From positions 1 through 46,015 of the forward strand of contig JBBSVW010000067.1 in the NCBI GenBank assembly GCA_038046605.1: 46,015 bases of DNA, given 5' to 3'. Within the stretch, counting starts at the first letter, position 1. Each line of letters begins with the position of its first letter. The notes beneath the pieces are model-generated. The model was not told the origin of the DNA. It saw only the letters and a program-made list of their open reading frames with translations, and ran no database searches. This stretch comes from Candidatus Micrarchaeota archaeon. Lineage in GTDB: Archaea > Micrarchaeota > Micrarchaeia > Norongarragalinales > SBBD01. Below are positions 38,128-46,015 of this stretch, piece after piece. The translations under genes and the position numbers were made by a program.

Positions 38128-39179
38128 ATTCGGATTACCTCCCTTAGTGCTTTGATGAATCTCTCGTTCTCACTCTTTGTTCCAACCGTGACTCTGATGC
38201 AATTTTCCATTAACGAGAGTGAGGATCGGTCCCTTACGACAATTCCCTTTTCCGCAATTGCCTTCGAAACCAGCTTTGAATCGAATTCTTTCGGAATCCT
38301 GAAAACTGAAAAATTTGTTACTGTGGGGAAGACCTCCAAATTCGAATTTCTCAATTGCTTCTCCAGCCATTCCTTTTCCAGCATCATTTCATTAACCCAA
38401 TTTTCCATCCGGGCCTTGTTTTCCAGCGCTTTCAAAGCCAGATAGTTGGGAATCGCTCCCACATTGTAAGGCGCCTTGATTTTCCGCAAATTTTCGATGA
38501 TTTTCTTGTTCGCAATGGCATAACCGACTCGCAAGGCAGCCAGCCCCCAGGCTTTTGAAAGTGTTTTGCTTACGATCAGGTTTTCATATTCCAAAACCAG
38601 CGGAGCAAGCGTCTTTCCTGCGAATTCCCCATACGCTTCATCGACGAAAACAACGCAATTTGCCTTTTCTGCTATTTCCTTAATCCTTTCAAGCTCAACG
38701 ACATTCCCAAGAGGTGAATTTGGCGAAATAATCACTATCATTTTCGTATTTTCATCGATTTTGGCAAGAACTTTATCGACATTCGGCTGGAAATCATCCT
38801 CCACAAGAACCGCTCTAATCTTAACTCCCGATATTTCAGCGCAGACATTGAACATTGAATAGCCGGGCTCCACTGTAATGATGTTATCCCCTTTCTCAGC
38901 GAATGTTCGGATCGCCAGGTCAATAATCTCGTCCGATCCGTTACCAACCATAACGTTCTCAGAAGTTAGCCCTCCTCCCACATACTCTGCCAATTTACCT
39001 CGCAATTCAAGCAGATCCGAATCAGGATAGCGGTTTAGGTCCACTCCTTCAAACTGGGCGGTGCTGCCGAATGCATTTTCATTCGCATCCATGAAAATCT
39101 CCGCTTTTTTATATAAGTCGCGGGCACAAACGTATGGCGAAAGCCGCCTAACTGTTTCCCTTGCTTTAATTTTTCTCAT
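38115..39179 (-). CDS. hisC: Histidinol-phosphate aminotransferase
   Basis: DANEN, NRYPD, GNGSDEII, VDEAYGEF, KTLSKAWGLAALRVGY. Confidence 0.95.
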   Translation of the reverse strand: MRKIKARETVRRLSPYVCARDLYKKAEIFMDANENAFGSTAQFEGVDLNRYPDSDLLELRGKLAEYVGGGLTSENVMVGNGSDEIIDLAIRTFAEKGDNIITVEPGYSMFNVCAEISGVKIRAVLVEDDFQPNVDKVLAKIDENTKMIVIISPNSPLGNVVELERIKEIAEKANCVVFVDEAYGEFAGKTLAPLVLEYENLIVSKTLSKAWGLAALRVGYAIANKKIIENLRKIKAPYNVGAIPNYLALKALENKARMENWVNEMMLEKEWLEKQLRNSNLEVFPTVTNFSVFRIPKEFDSKLVSKAIAEKGIVVRDRSSLSLMENCIRVTVGTKSENERFIKALREVIRIWKK

Positions 39180-41084
39180 ATTTCTCCCTCCAATCTCCTC
39201 CTTACCGAATTAGCGTGTGCTTCAAGCCCCTCAGCTTCTGCTACCGCTACAATAGCATCCGAAATATTCTCCAAACCCTTTTGCTCCAATTTCAGGAAGT
39301 TCATTTCCCGAACAAAATCCTTAGCTGAAAGCCCGGAATAGCTCCTTGCAAACCCTCCGGTAGGCAAAATGTGATTGGGCCCGGCTCCATAATCCCCAGC
39401 TGCTTCGCAGGAGTAGTTGCCTATGAAAATCGCTCCCGCAGTTGTGACGCTTTTCATCCACGCAAAGGGCCTTTCAATAACCAGCTCTAAGTGCTCGGGA
39501 GCATACTTGTTGGCAAAATCGATTGCTTGCTGGATGTTTCTTGCCAACAATAAAGCTCCATTATTCTCAAACGCTTTCTTGACAATCTGCTTTCTTGGAA
39601 GCATTATCGCTTGCTTTTTGATCTCCTCAATAGTGTTTTTGATTATCACCTCGCTTGTGGAAACCAAAATCGGACAGGCATTCGCATCGTGTTCAGCCTG
39701 CGCCAGCAAATCCGCAGCAATAAACCTCGGATTTGCAGTTTCATCCGCAATAATCATCACTTCCGATGGTCCAGCAGGCGAATCAATTGCAATTCCGTAG
39801 CTTTGGGCTTCCAGTTTGGCTGCCGCCACATAAGCATTTCCGGGTCCCACGATTTTATTGACCCTTGGCACTTTGTACGTTCCAAAACCCATTGCAGCAA
39901 TTGCCTGAGCTCCTCCCAACCTGAAAACCCGATCCGCTCCGGCAATATCCGCAGCCACCAGAATCGCAGGATTGCATTCTTTTAGTGAATTGCAGGGAGA
40001 ACATAGTATTACCTCCCCTACACCCGCTACTTTTGCAGGTACGATCCCCATCAAAACCGAAGAAGGATAAGCGGCAGTTCCTCCAGGGGCATAAACCCCA
40101 ACCCGTTCAAGCGGCCTTATTTCCTTTCCCATGCTTCCCCCATCGACTTTCATCTCCCATCTTTGCGGAAGCTCCCTTTTGCTGAACTCCTCGATATTCC
40201 GTTTCATCAATTTTAGGGAATCGATCAGTTTCTGTGGCACTTTGGCATAGGCGGCCATTATTTCCTCTCTGGAAACCTCGGATTCCGATGGTTTCAACTC
40301 AACCTTATCATAACGCAGCTGGTATTCGGCAACCGCCTCATCCTTTCTCTTGAGCACGTTTTCAAATACCTGGCGAACGGTTTGCTTTATCTCCGGAGAA
40401 CGCTCCTTTCCCCTGAAAAAGAAACGTTTCAACTCTGTATCTGAAAGCTCCTCCAGCTTCCTTACTTCGAATTTCCAATCGTTTTGGATTTTTGAAACCA
40501 ATTCCGCAACTTGGAAGCCTTTTGTGACTACCAACCCCTTATTGGCAATTAAAATCGCACTTGTTTCCAGAATTTCCTCTTTTATGATGAGCCCATTCTC
40601 CCTCAATGTTTTACCCGTTGCAGTCAGGTCGATAACCGCGTCCGCGATCCCTGCATTGACGCTGGCTTCAACTGCCCCATCCAAGATTACCAGTTCGGCG
40701 TCAATTCCTTTGCTGATTAGATATTTTCTGGCGATATTCGGGAAAGAGGTGGCTACTCTATTGATTTTCTTCCCGTTTTGCTCTGGGGCCGCATAAACTA
40801 AAGTGCATCCTCCAAAAGGCAAGTCCAAAATAAGTTCACAATCGCTTTCCTTTTCCGTTATGATGTCTTTTCCGGTAATGCCAACATCCGCTAGACCCGA
40901 AGAAACATAGTTAGGGATATCCCTAGCTCTTGCAAATAGTACTTTGATTTCAGAATCTTCAGAATTAGTGAAATAGGCGCGGTCGGATCCGTTAAGTGTT
41001 ATCCCTAGTGCAGCTAAAAGCTTCCTTGAAGGCGCACTCAAAGCGCCCTTGTTTGGTATTGCCAATGTGAAGAGAACCGCCCAT
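39176..41084 (-). CDS. hisGD: Fused short-form ATP phosphoribosyltransferase / histidinol dehydrogenase (HisG-HisD); start codon out of frame
   Basis: AIPNKG, RARDIP, DVGITGKD, ATSFPNI, GAVEA, TGKTLRENGL (HisG); GVYAPGG, GGAQAIAA, GPGNAYV, PAGPSE, AQAEH, YAPEHL, GPNHILPT (HisD). The main frame is closed upstream by TAA at 41092-41090 and has only TTG 41065; the SD-led ATG 41084 is one base out of frame. Confidence 0.9.
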
Positions 41085-41130
41085 TTTCCTTAGACCTCAT
41101 TTGATTGATGCAAAAGTATGCACTAGCTAG

Positions 41131-41159
41131 TATTTAAATGTTTCCCACAAAAGTGGGAA
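41131..41159 (-). promoter_or_regulatory. his operon TATA box with an adjacent perfect palindrome TTCCCAC-N4-GTGGGAA
   Basis: Minus-strand TTTAAATA at 41138-41131; palindrome at 41142-41159. Confidence 0.6.
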
Positions 41160-41164
41160 TTCAA

Positions 41165-41557
41165 TCAGATAGGCTTGAAACTGATTTTCACAGCGCCTTC
41201 CTTCAGTAGTTTCCTTTTCAGCTCCTCCTTATCCTTGATTGAAGACGGCTCGCAGATAACCTGCCATTCGGCCTCCTTTCCTCTTGAAATTGATCTTGAT
41301 TCTGTTGAAACCAGATCGACACCATTCTCGGCCATCACTTTGGCCATCCTTGCAAGGGAGCCGGGCGCATCAGACATAGCAATAATTATCATAAGTAGCG
41401 ATTTTTCGGTGGTGTTTGTAAGAATTAGTCGCTGGTTTACTTCATCCAGATTGACCAGGACTTCCGAATCCTCCTTTATTCGAAGCGTTTGCCTGAAGGA
41501 AGAAGGAATCTGAAGCCTACCCTTTGAATCCACCTTGGAGATCTCGGATTTGCCCAT
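41165..41557 (-). CDS. AbrB/MraZ-type DNA-binding domain + ACT domain regulator
   Basis: SKVDSKGRLQIPSSFRQTLRI (swapped hairpin); MSDAPGSLARMAKVMAENGVDL (ACT). Confidence 0.8.
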   Translation of the reverse strand: MGKSEISKVDSKGRLQIPSSFRQTLRIKEDSEVLVNLDEVNQRLILTNTTEKSLLMIIIAMSDAPGSLARMAKVMAENGVDLVSTESRSISRGKEAEWQVICEPSSIKDKEELKRKLLKEGAVKISFKPI

Positions 41558-41678
41558 GGAAAGAATAGGGTTGGGCGGTTTAAATGGGTTTTGAAAACGT
41601 ATTCAAAAAGTGCGAAAATAGGGGATGGGGCGGATGAACGCTTAAGCTAGGCGAACATTCAATTTTGGGAAAATACAA

Positions 41679-41864
41679 CTATTTCCCTTTTGCGGCAGTT
41701 GCTAGAGTCGAAACACCTTCAGCTATTTGATGTGCTTGCTGTGGATTTGTCGAATATATGAAAACAAACAAAACAAAAAGGATCAGCATTATTGTCCCGA
41801 ATCCCAAGTATATGTGGATAGACCCTTTCAACTGCTTATGCCTAGAGTTAAGCATGCCCATCAC
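41679..41864 (-). CDS. Small single-TM hypothetical protein
   Basis: 61 aa with a central hydrophobic helix after KG. Minus-strand GGGGTG immediately upstream. Confidence 0.5.
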   Translation of the reverse strand: MMGMLNSRHKQLKGSIHIYLGFGTIMLILFVLFVFIYSTNPQQAHQIAEGVSTLATAAKGK

Positions 41865-41946
41865 CCCGCTCTACTTTTATTTTTAATTAAAAGATTACTT
41901 AATATTGCAGGTAATGTTTATATATCTTTCTTTCATAAACTATATC

Positions 41947-42288
41947 ATGGACGCAAGGCTGCCATCACTTATTCGGGAGGCTGGATCCATAAATTCCAAA
42001 ATAATGTCCATGCCCAGATTGCTGATTTTGGTATCACTGGAACAACTTGGGGAAGATGGTGCAACATTTCGGGAGTTAAAAGCAGGGTTGGAATTGCCGG
42101 ATGGGGTGCTTTTTTCCAATCTCAAAGTTCTCATGAAAATGGGATATCTGATCGGGCGTGATGTAATAGTTGAAGGCAAAAGCATGAGCGCTTATTCCAT
42201 TACTGCAGAAGGGATGCATGCGCTTTCATCGGTTAAAATATGGCTTAGCAAATGGCTGAAAGGTGATGTAAGTGGAAAGATTGGATAA
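41947..42288 (+). CDS. Winged-helix (ArsR/MarR-like) regulator
   Basis: PRLLILVSL...TFRELKAGLELPDGVLFSNLKVLMKMGY...YSITAEG. TTTATATA upstream. Confidence 0.8.
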   Translation: MDARLPSLIREAGSINSKIMSMPRLLILVSLEQLGEDGATFRELKAGLELPDGVLFSNLKVLMKMGYLIGRDVIVEGKSMSAYSITAEGMHALSSVKIWLSKWLKGDVSGKIG

Positions 42289-42802
42289 ACTCATAGCTTA
42301 CCTGAAGGAATTCGGTCTCAAGCCAAAGGTCGATAATTTCGAGTCCAAGCTCATTATTCAAAAAGCGGTTTGCCTGCTTGAATTGCAAGGCGCGCAATTA
42401 GGGTATGGGTATTCGCTTTATGTCCGGGGTCCCTATTCCCCCGAATTAACGCAGGAGATGTATGCGAATAAGCAAAAAATCCAAAACCTCGAGACAGGCA
42501 GTTCCCTTACCTCGAAGGAGGAAAACATGGCAAAGAAAATAAAGGAATTCACAGACCTTATTCCCTCGATGCTTGAAATTGTCGCTACTTATGCCTATTT
42601 GGTAAAATCCGGATTAAATCCAAGTGAAGCAACAACCCGGCTAAGGAAACTCAAGCCGTTCTATTCAGCTTCGCAAATCATAATGGGCATCAATAGGGCC
42701 AAGGAACTCTTTCCACCCTCCGCAAAGGAAGTTGATGACATGCTCAAGGAATTTCGGGAATGGGATTTGGCAACCTCAACCGACCTCTCAAAGTGGGATT
42801 GA
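42272..42802 (+). CDS. YwgA / SocA-Panacea-like protein, putative antitoxin
   Basis: IQKAVCLL...YSLYVRGPYSPELT and LEIVAT signature. Lies directly upstream of a MazF-like toxin. Confidence 0.55.
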   Translation: MERLDKLIAYLKEFGLKPKVDNFESKLIIQKAVCLLELQGAQLGYGYSLYVRGPYSPELTQEMYANKQKIQNLETGSSLTSKEENMAKKIKEFTDLIPSMLEIVATYAYLVKSGLNPSEATTRLRKLKPFYSASQIIMGINRAKELFPPSAKEVDDMLKEFREWDLATSTDLSKWD

Positions 42803-42804
42803 AT

Positions 42805-43149
42805 ATGCCTTATCCTACAAAAGTTGAAGTATGGGAAGCCGATCTACGGGGTTCTTCAGGGCACGAGCAGAAGGGTAACAGGCCGGTTTTGCTTTGGCGG
42901 GATCTTGATCATGTCAAATTGGCAATCATAATTCCCCTTACTTCGAATCTGCTTACGGAAGCAATAGCCCACACCTATCTTATATCCGCAACCTCAAAAA
43001 ACGGACTTCGAAAGGATAGCATTGCACTTCTTTTCCAGATCAAGGCATTGGATAAAAGCCAATTGAAGAACAAGATCGGGGAGCTTGAAGTGCACGACAT
43101 TGGCGAAATTGCCCATTTGCTTGCTGAAATGTTGAGAGTTCAAAAGTAG
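42805..43149 (+). CDS. PemK/MazF-family toxin
   Basis: VWEADL..SSGHEQKGNRPVL, IIPLTS, NGLRKDSIALLFQIKALDK. Confidence 0.88.
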   Translation: MPYPTKVEVWEADLRGSSGHEQKGNRPVLLWRDLDHVKLAIIIPLTSNLLTEAIAHTYLISATSKNGLRKDSIALLFQIKALDKSQLKNKIGELEVHDIGEIAHLLAEMLRVQK

Positions 43150-43202
43150 GTTAAAAACCATTCCTCCAATGCGTTCTTCAATGCGCCCTTAATTCTCAAC
43201 GC

Positions 43203-43406
43203 TCAATCCTCCCTCATTCTAGCATGCACCCTCCCATGATCACTCGGGCTTATCGTCCCCAGATTTTCCCGCTTAAAGTTCCCCTTGTCGCCATCCCTGT
43301 GATGGGTATGCATCCCTTCGGGAGTCCTATTCACGGTCCTATGGACAAGTTCGTTGCTGTCGTTCCAGCGCGGATATCCCTTCCCGTCATAATGGAATCT
43401 TCCCAT
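43203..43406 (-). CDS. Small HNH (HNH_3-like) protein
   Basis: VHR...HHRDGDKGNFKRENL...SDHGRVH. ATG 43406 has a GAGGTG SD and a TTAAATA box upstream. Confidence 0.7.
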   Translation of the reverse strand: MGRFHYDGKGYPRWNDSNELVHRTVNRTPEGMHTHHRDGDKGNFKRENLGTISPSDHGRVHARMRED

Positions 43407-43479
43407 GGCAACACACCTCAAATTAACTCTGCCCGGGCTGGTATTTAAGGAAAACGGGGGGTGGGCGCGGGTGACAAAG

Positions 43480-43863
43480 TCAAGGGTAATAATGATGGCA
43501 CTTCCTGCAGCCGGAATTACAGCGACATCCCTTACAACCGCAATCACATGCGTTGCAATACCTAGAAGATGTTTTAGCGCTTTTGGCCCTTTTCATTTCC
43601 ATTTGAATCTTTTGTTTATGACGAGCAACATGATAGTTGTAAAGTTTTTTTGACAACACATCAATTGTTGCTTCAATTTTGCCTTTTTGCTTATCCAATG
43701 ATACGATCGCATTGGCAAAATCCTTGGCTGAAATTTTACCCGAAATGTATTTTGCATTCAATACCTTCTTTTTCCGGGAAATGCCGCCTATTTTCTTCTC
43801 CGCTGCGTCCAGCTCTTTAAACAATACCTCACTTTGTTGGTAATTGTCTACCTCTCTTTTCAT
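43480..43863 (-). CDS. Hypothetical coiled-coil protein with a metallothionein-like Cys-rich tail
   Basis: Ends CNACDCGCKGCRCNSGCRKCHHYYP. ATG 43863 follows GGTGG. Confidence 0.55.
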   Translation of the reverse strand: MKREVDNYQQSEVLFKELDAAEKKIGGISRKKKVLNAKYISGKISAKDFANAIVSLDKQKGKIEATIDVLSKKLYNYHVARHKQKIQMEMKRAKSAKTSSRYCNACDCGCKGCRCNSGCRKCHHYYP

Positions 43864-44315
43864 TTCAACCACCCTTAAACGGAACAGTACCATACGTGTT
43901 TTCTTCGTATATTAGTCTTTGCTTTTTGCGTAAACTACAGTTTGTTATTCCCTTAAGTTTTCACTTAATTAAGGTAATTGAATGGCTAGAGATTCTTTAT
44001 CATTAACTTACATATCGTCGAAAATAAGTAATAATAGTAACAATATTTGGTTACCGTGCGAATATTAACGGGTTTGACTAAAAAATATCTCAATAATAGC
44101 CAAATCAAGCAGGCATAATACTTTCTTAATATATTCCCAATTTATAAGGAAAACGGGTACCGGACACGATCATAGACGGATTATCCTATGGGCGAACTAC
44201 TATAAAGAGGTGGATTCAGACTTTAATACGATATTTCAACTTATATTAAATAGTCAATTAAATATTTTAGGTATTTATCGATGTTAAAGGAAGCATGCTA
44301 ATATTGGGTGGATAA

Positions 44316-46015
44316 ATGGAAAAAATACAAAATTCGTTTCAAAGTCTTTGGGATCATGATTTCGAGGATATGAAATACAACGTAATCATTAAAGGAGTGG
44401 ATTTACAAAAAATCAATGACCTAATTTTATATGAAAATAAACTTATTGTGGAAAACCAAGAAACAAGCACGGCACCAGAATTAGCTATAGAAAAAAACTA
44501 TATTATCAGGTATGACGAGCTCCTTTCAAGATTAATTACAGAAAGCGGAAAGAGAGTCGAAATAGACGCCATAACCTACTCTAGCAATTTGAATGAAAAA
44601 ATATACGATATTTTATTCAAACCAAAAGCAGTAAAAAAGTTACGGATAATATGCGGGCTTCCCGAAATATCTGCCAAAACCGATGTTCTTGAAAAAATAA
44701 AAACGTTGGGTTCCAAAGTGGAGATCCGGGCAAATAAAGGGGGAGAACTCCGGGAGGAGCTTCATGCAAAAATTATATTTTTGAAATACAAAGATATCGG
44801 TCAAGAGGTCGTTATTTTTGGTTCATCTAATCTAAGCTTTTCCGGATGGCATAACAATATGGAATTAAACTCGGTATTTGTGCTTAAAGAGGGAGATTTT
44901 TCCCATAATTTTGAATGGCTTTGGGAAAAATTCCAAAATGTATCTATCTCAGATATAATTACCGAACAGAAAAAAGAATTCGAAACGCAGGAATGCAAAG
45001 ATTTGATTTTGAAAGAACCATTCACACTTTTAGGTTATCAAAATAGGGTATTGAAAAGTATCGAACAGTGGGCTTCGAAAATCAAAGAAAATGAAGAATC
45101 TGTATCCAGAAAAAGGTTTCTGGTTTCCCTCCCGACCGGAACCGGAAAAACGACCATTTTAAGCAAATTTATCCTAAACCAATTTAAAGCAAAACAAGAC
45201 TTGCCCCCAAAAATACTGGTGCTTGTACAGCGCAGGGAAATGGTTAAGCATTTTTATGACGAACTTCATCGCTTAATGGATATTTCAGAATTGCGCAGTT
45301 TCTATCCTTATGAAGAAATCCCCGATGATAGACACAATAGTTCTAAGGTGTTAAGCCCATTCTATCATAATCCTCTTAAAATTTTTCAAATGTATGAATC
45401 CTTAAATCCTCGAGCGGATACATTCGAGGAAAATAACATAATAATCGCTACTTCAGCAAAATTTTACTTCTACTTAAAGAAACGGAATAGACCCTACTTT
45501 GATTACATCATTGTTGATGAGGTGCATCACTACGATCCCGATAAGGTAAACAATTCGAATATGTTGCAAAACATCATGGATGGTGGAGGCTACAAAAACA
45601 AGCCACAAATTGGCCTATCCGCAACTCCCTACCGAGCTAAAGGTAAAAACTGGAGGGACGGGTGGGAAGAGGCGGTAAATACTGAATTTTACGGAGGAGT
45701 GACGCCGAAGATCTTTTTCGAGAAGGAGGAAATAAGATCAAAACAAGTCTACGAACCTGTTGAAATTGATTTTGGACTGCCTAAAATGACATTTAAGGAA
45801 GATGATATTAAGTACGAGGGAAGAGTAAATGACCTTTTCAAAGCAAACCCTGAGTTCAATAAAAAAATTGCTAATTTGTGTTTTCAATCAAAAGAGAAGT
45901 GTAAAGAAGAAAAAGAAACACCAAAAATCCTAGTCTTTACAATGAGCATCGACCAGGCAAAATATGTGGGAACTATAATAGATGAGCAAAATATATCCAA
46001 ATCGGAGGATGATAA
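44316..46015 (+). CDS. PLD nuclease + SF2 (ResIII-like, DEVH) helicase fusion, 3'-truncated by the window (absent from the ORF track)
   Basis: Manual translation from ATG 44316 (GGGTGG SD): LHAKIIFL...GSSNLS...NMELN, YQ, SLPTGTGKT, IIVDEVHH, GLSATPYR, KILVFT. No stop seen before the window end. Confidence 0.85.
   Translation, partial: MEKIQNSFQSLWDHDFEDMKYNVIIKGVDLQKINDLILYENKLIVENQETSTAPELAIEKNYIIRYDELLSRLITESGKRVEIDAITYSSNLNEKIYDILFKPKAVKKLRIICGLPEISAKTDVLEKIKTLGSKVEIRANKGGELREELHAKIIFLKYKDIGQEVVIFGSSNLSFSGWHNNMELNSVFVLKEGDFSHNFEWLWEKFQNVSISDIITEQKKEFETQECKDLILKEPFTLLGYQNRVLKSIEQWASKIKENEESVSRKRFLVSLPTGTGKTTILSKFILNQFKAKQDLPPKILVLVQRREMVKHFYDELHRLMDISELRSFYPYEEIPDDRHNSSKVLSPFYHNPLKIFQMYESLNPRADTFEENNIIIATSAKFYFYLKKRNRPYFDYIIVDEVHHYDPDKVNNSNMLQNIMDGGGYKNKPQIGLSATPYRAKGKNWRDGWEEAVNTEFYGGVTPKIFFEKEEIRSKQVYEPVEIDFGLPKMTFKEDDIKYEGRVNDLFKANPEFNKKIANLCFQSKEKCKEEKETPKILVFTMSIDQAKYVGTIIDEQNISKSEDD

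Noticed and set aside
44801-45025. 74-aa minus-strand ORF
   Set aside because: Antisense to the PLD-helicase frame.
1-46015. Integrase, transposase, rRNA/tRNA genes, CRISPR array
   Set aside because: No supporting motifs or repeat-spacer structure seen anywhere in the window.

Overview
Archaeal chromosomal segment, probably from a DPANN-type (Micrarchaeota/Diapherotrites-like) lineage. This is inferred from TATA-box promoters, GAGGT/GGTG Shine-Dalgarno (SD) motifs, TrmB/PadR/AbrB regulators and Cys-rich surface proteins. Housekeeping content: uvrB-uvrA-uvrC, a trans-sulfuration gene plus a thrB-thrC fusion, and a his operon (hisG-hisD fusion, hisC, HAD phosphatase, hisB, hisH, hisA, hisF, hisIE) preceded by an AbrB/MraZ-ACT regulator. 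Putative defence/toxin-antitoxin (TA) modules are interleaved: AbiEi/AbiEii, a DUF4011-SF1 helicase-Vsr protein, HTH + DUF6036-like nucleotidyltransferase, PRTase + DprA, a Panacea-like protein + MazF, and a PLD-SF2 helicase running off the end. Most unusual signals: (1) the SD-led ATG of hisG-hisD is out of frame and could enter the HisG frame by a +1 shift at CUU-CAC(His), a candidate histidine-starvation frameshift switch (an assembly indel is the main alternative); (2) two defence cassettes are each bracketed by a diverged duplicate of the end of the neighbouring gene (helicase 5' end; hisIE 3' end), with no integrase in view; (3) a ~73-bp non-coding repeat lies upstream of two unrelated accessory genes. 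No rRNA, tRNA, CRISPR array or transposase was found. All family calls are from motif recognition by eye, not database searches.
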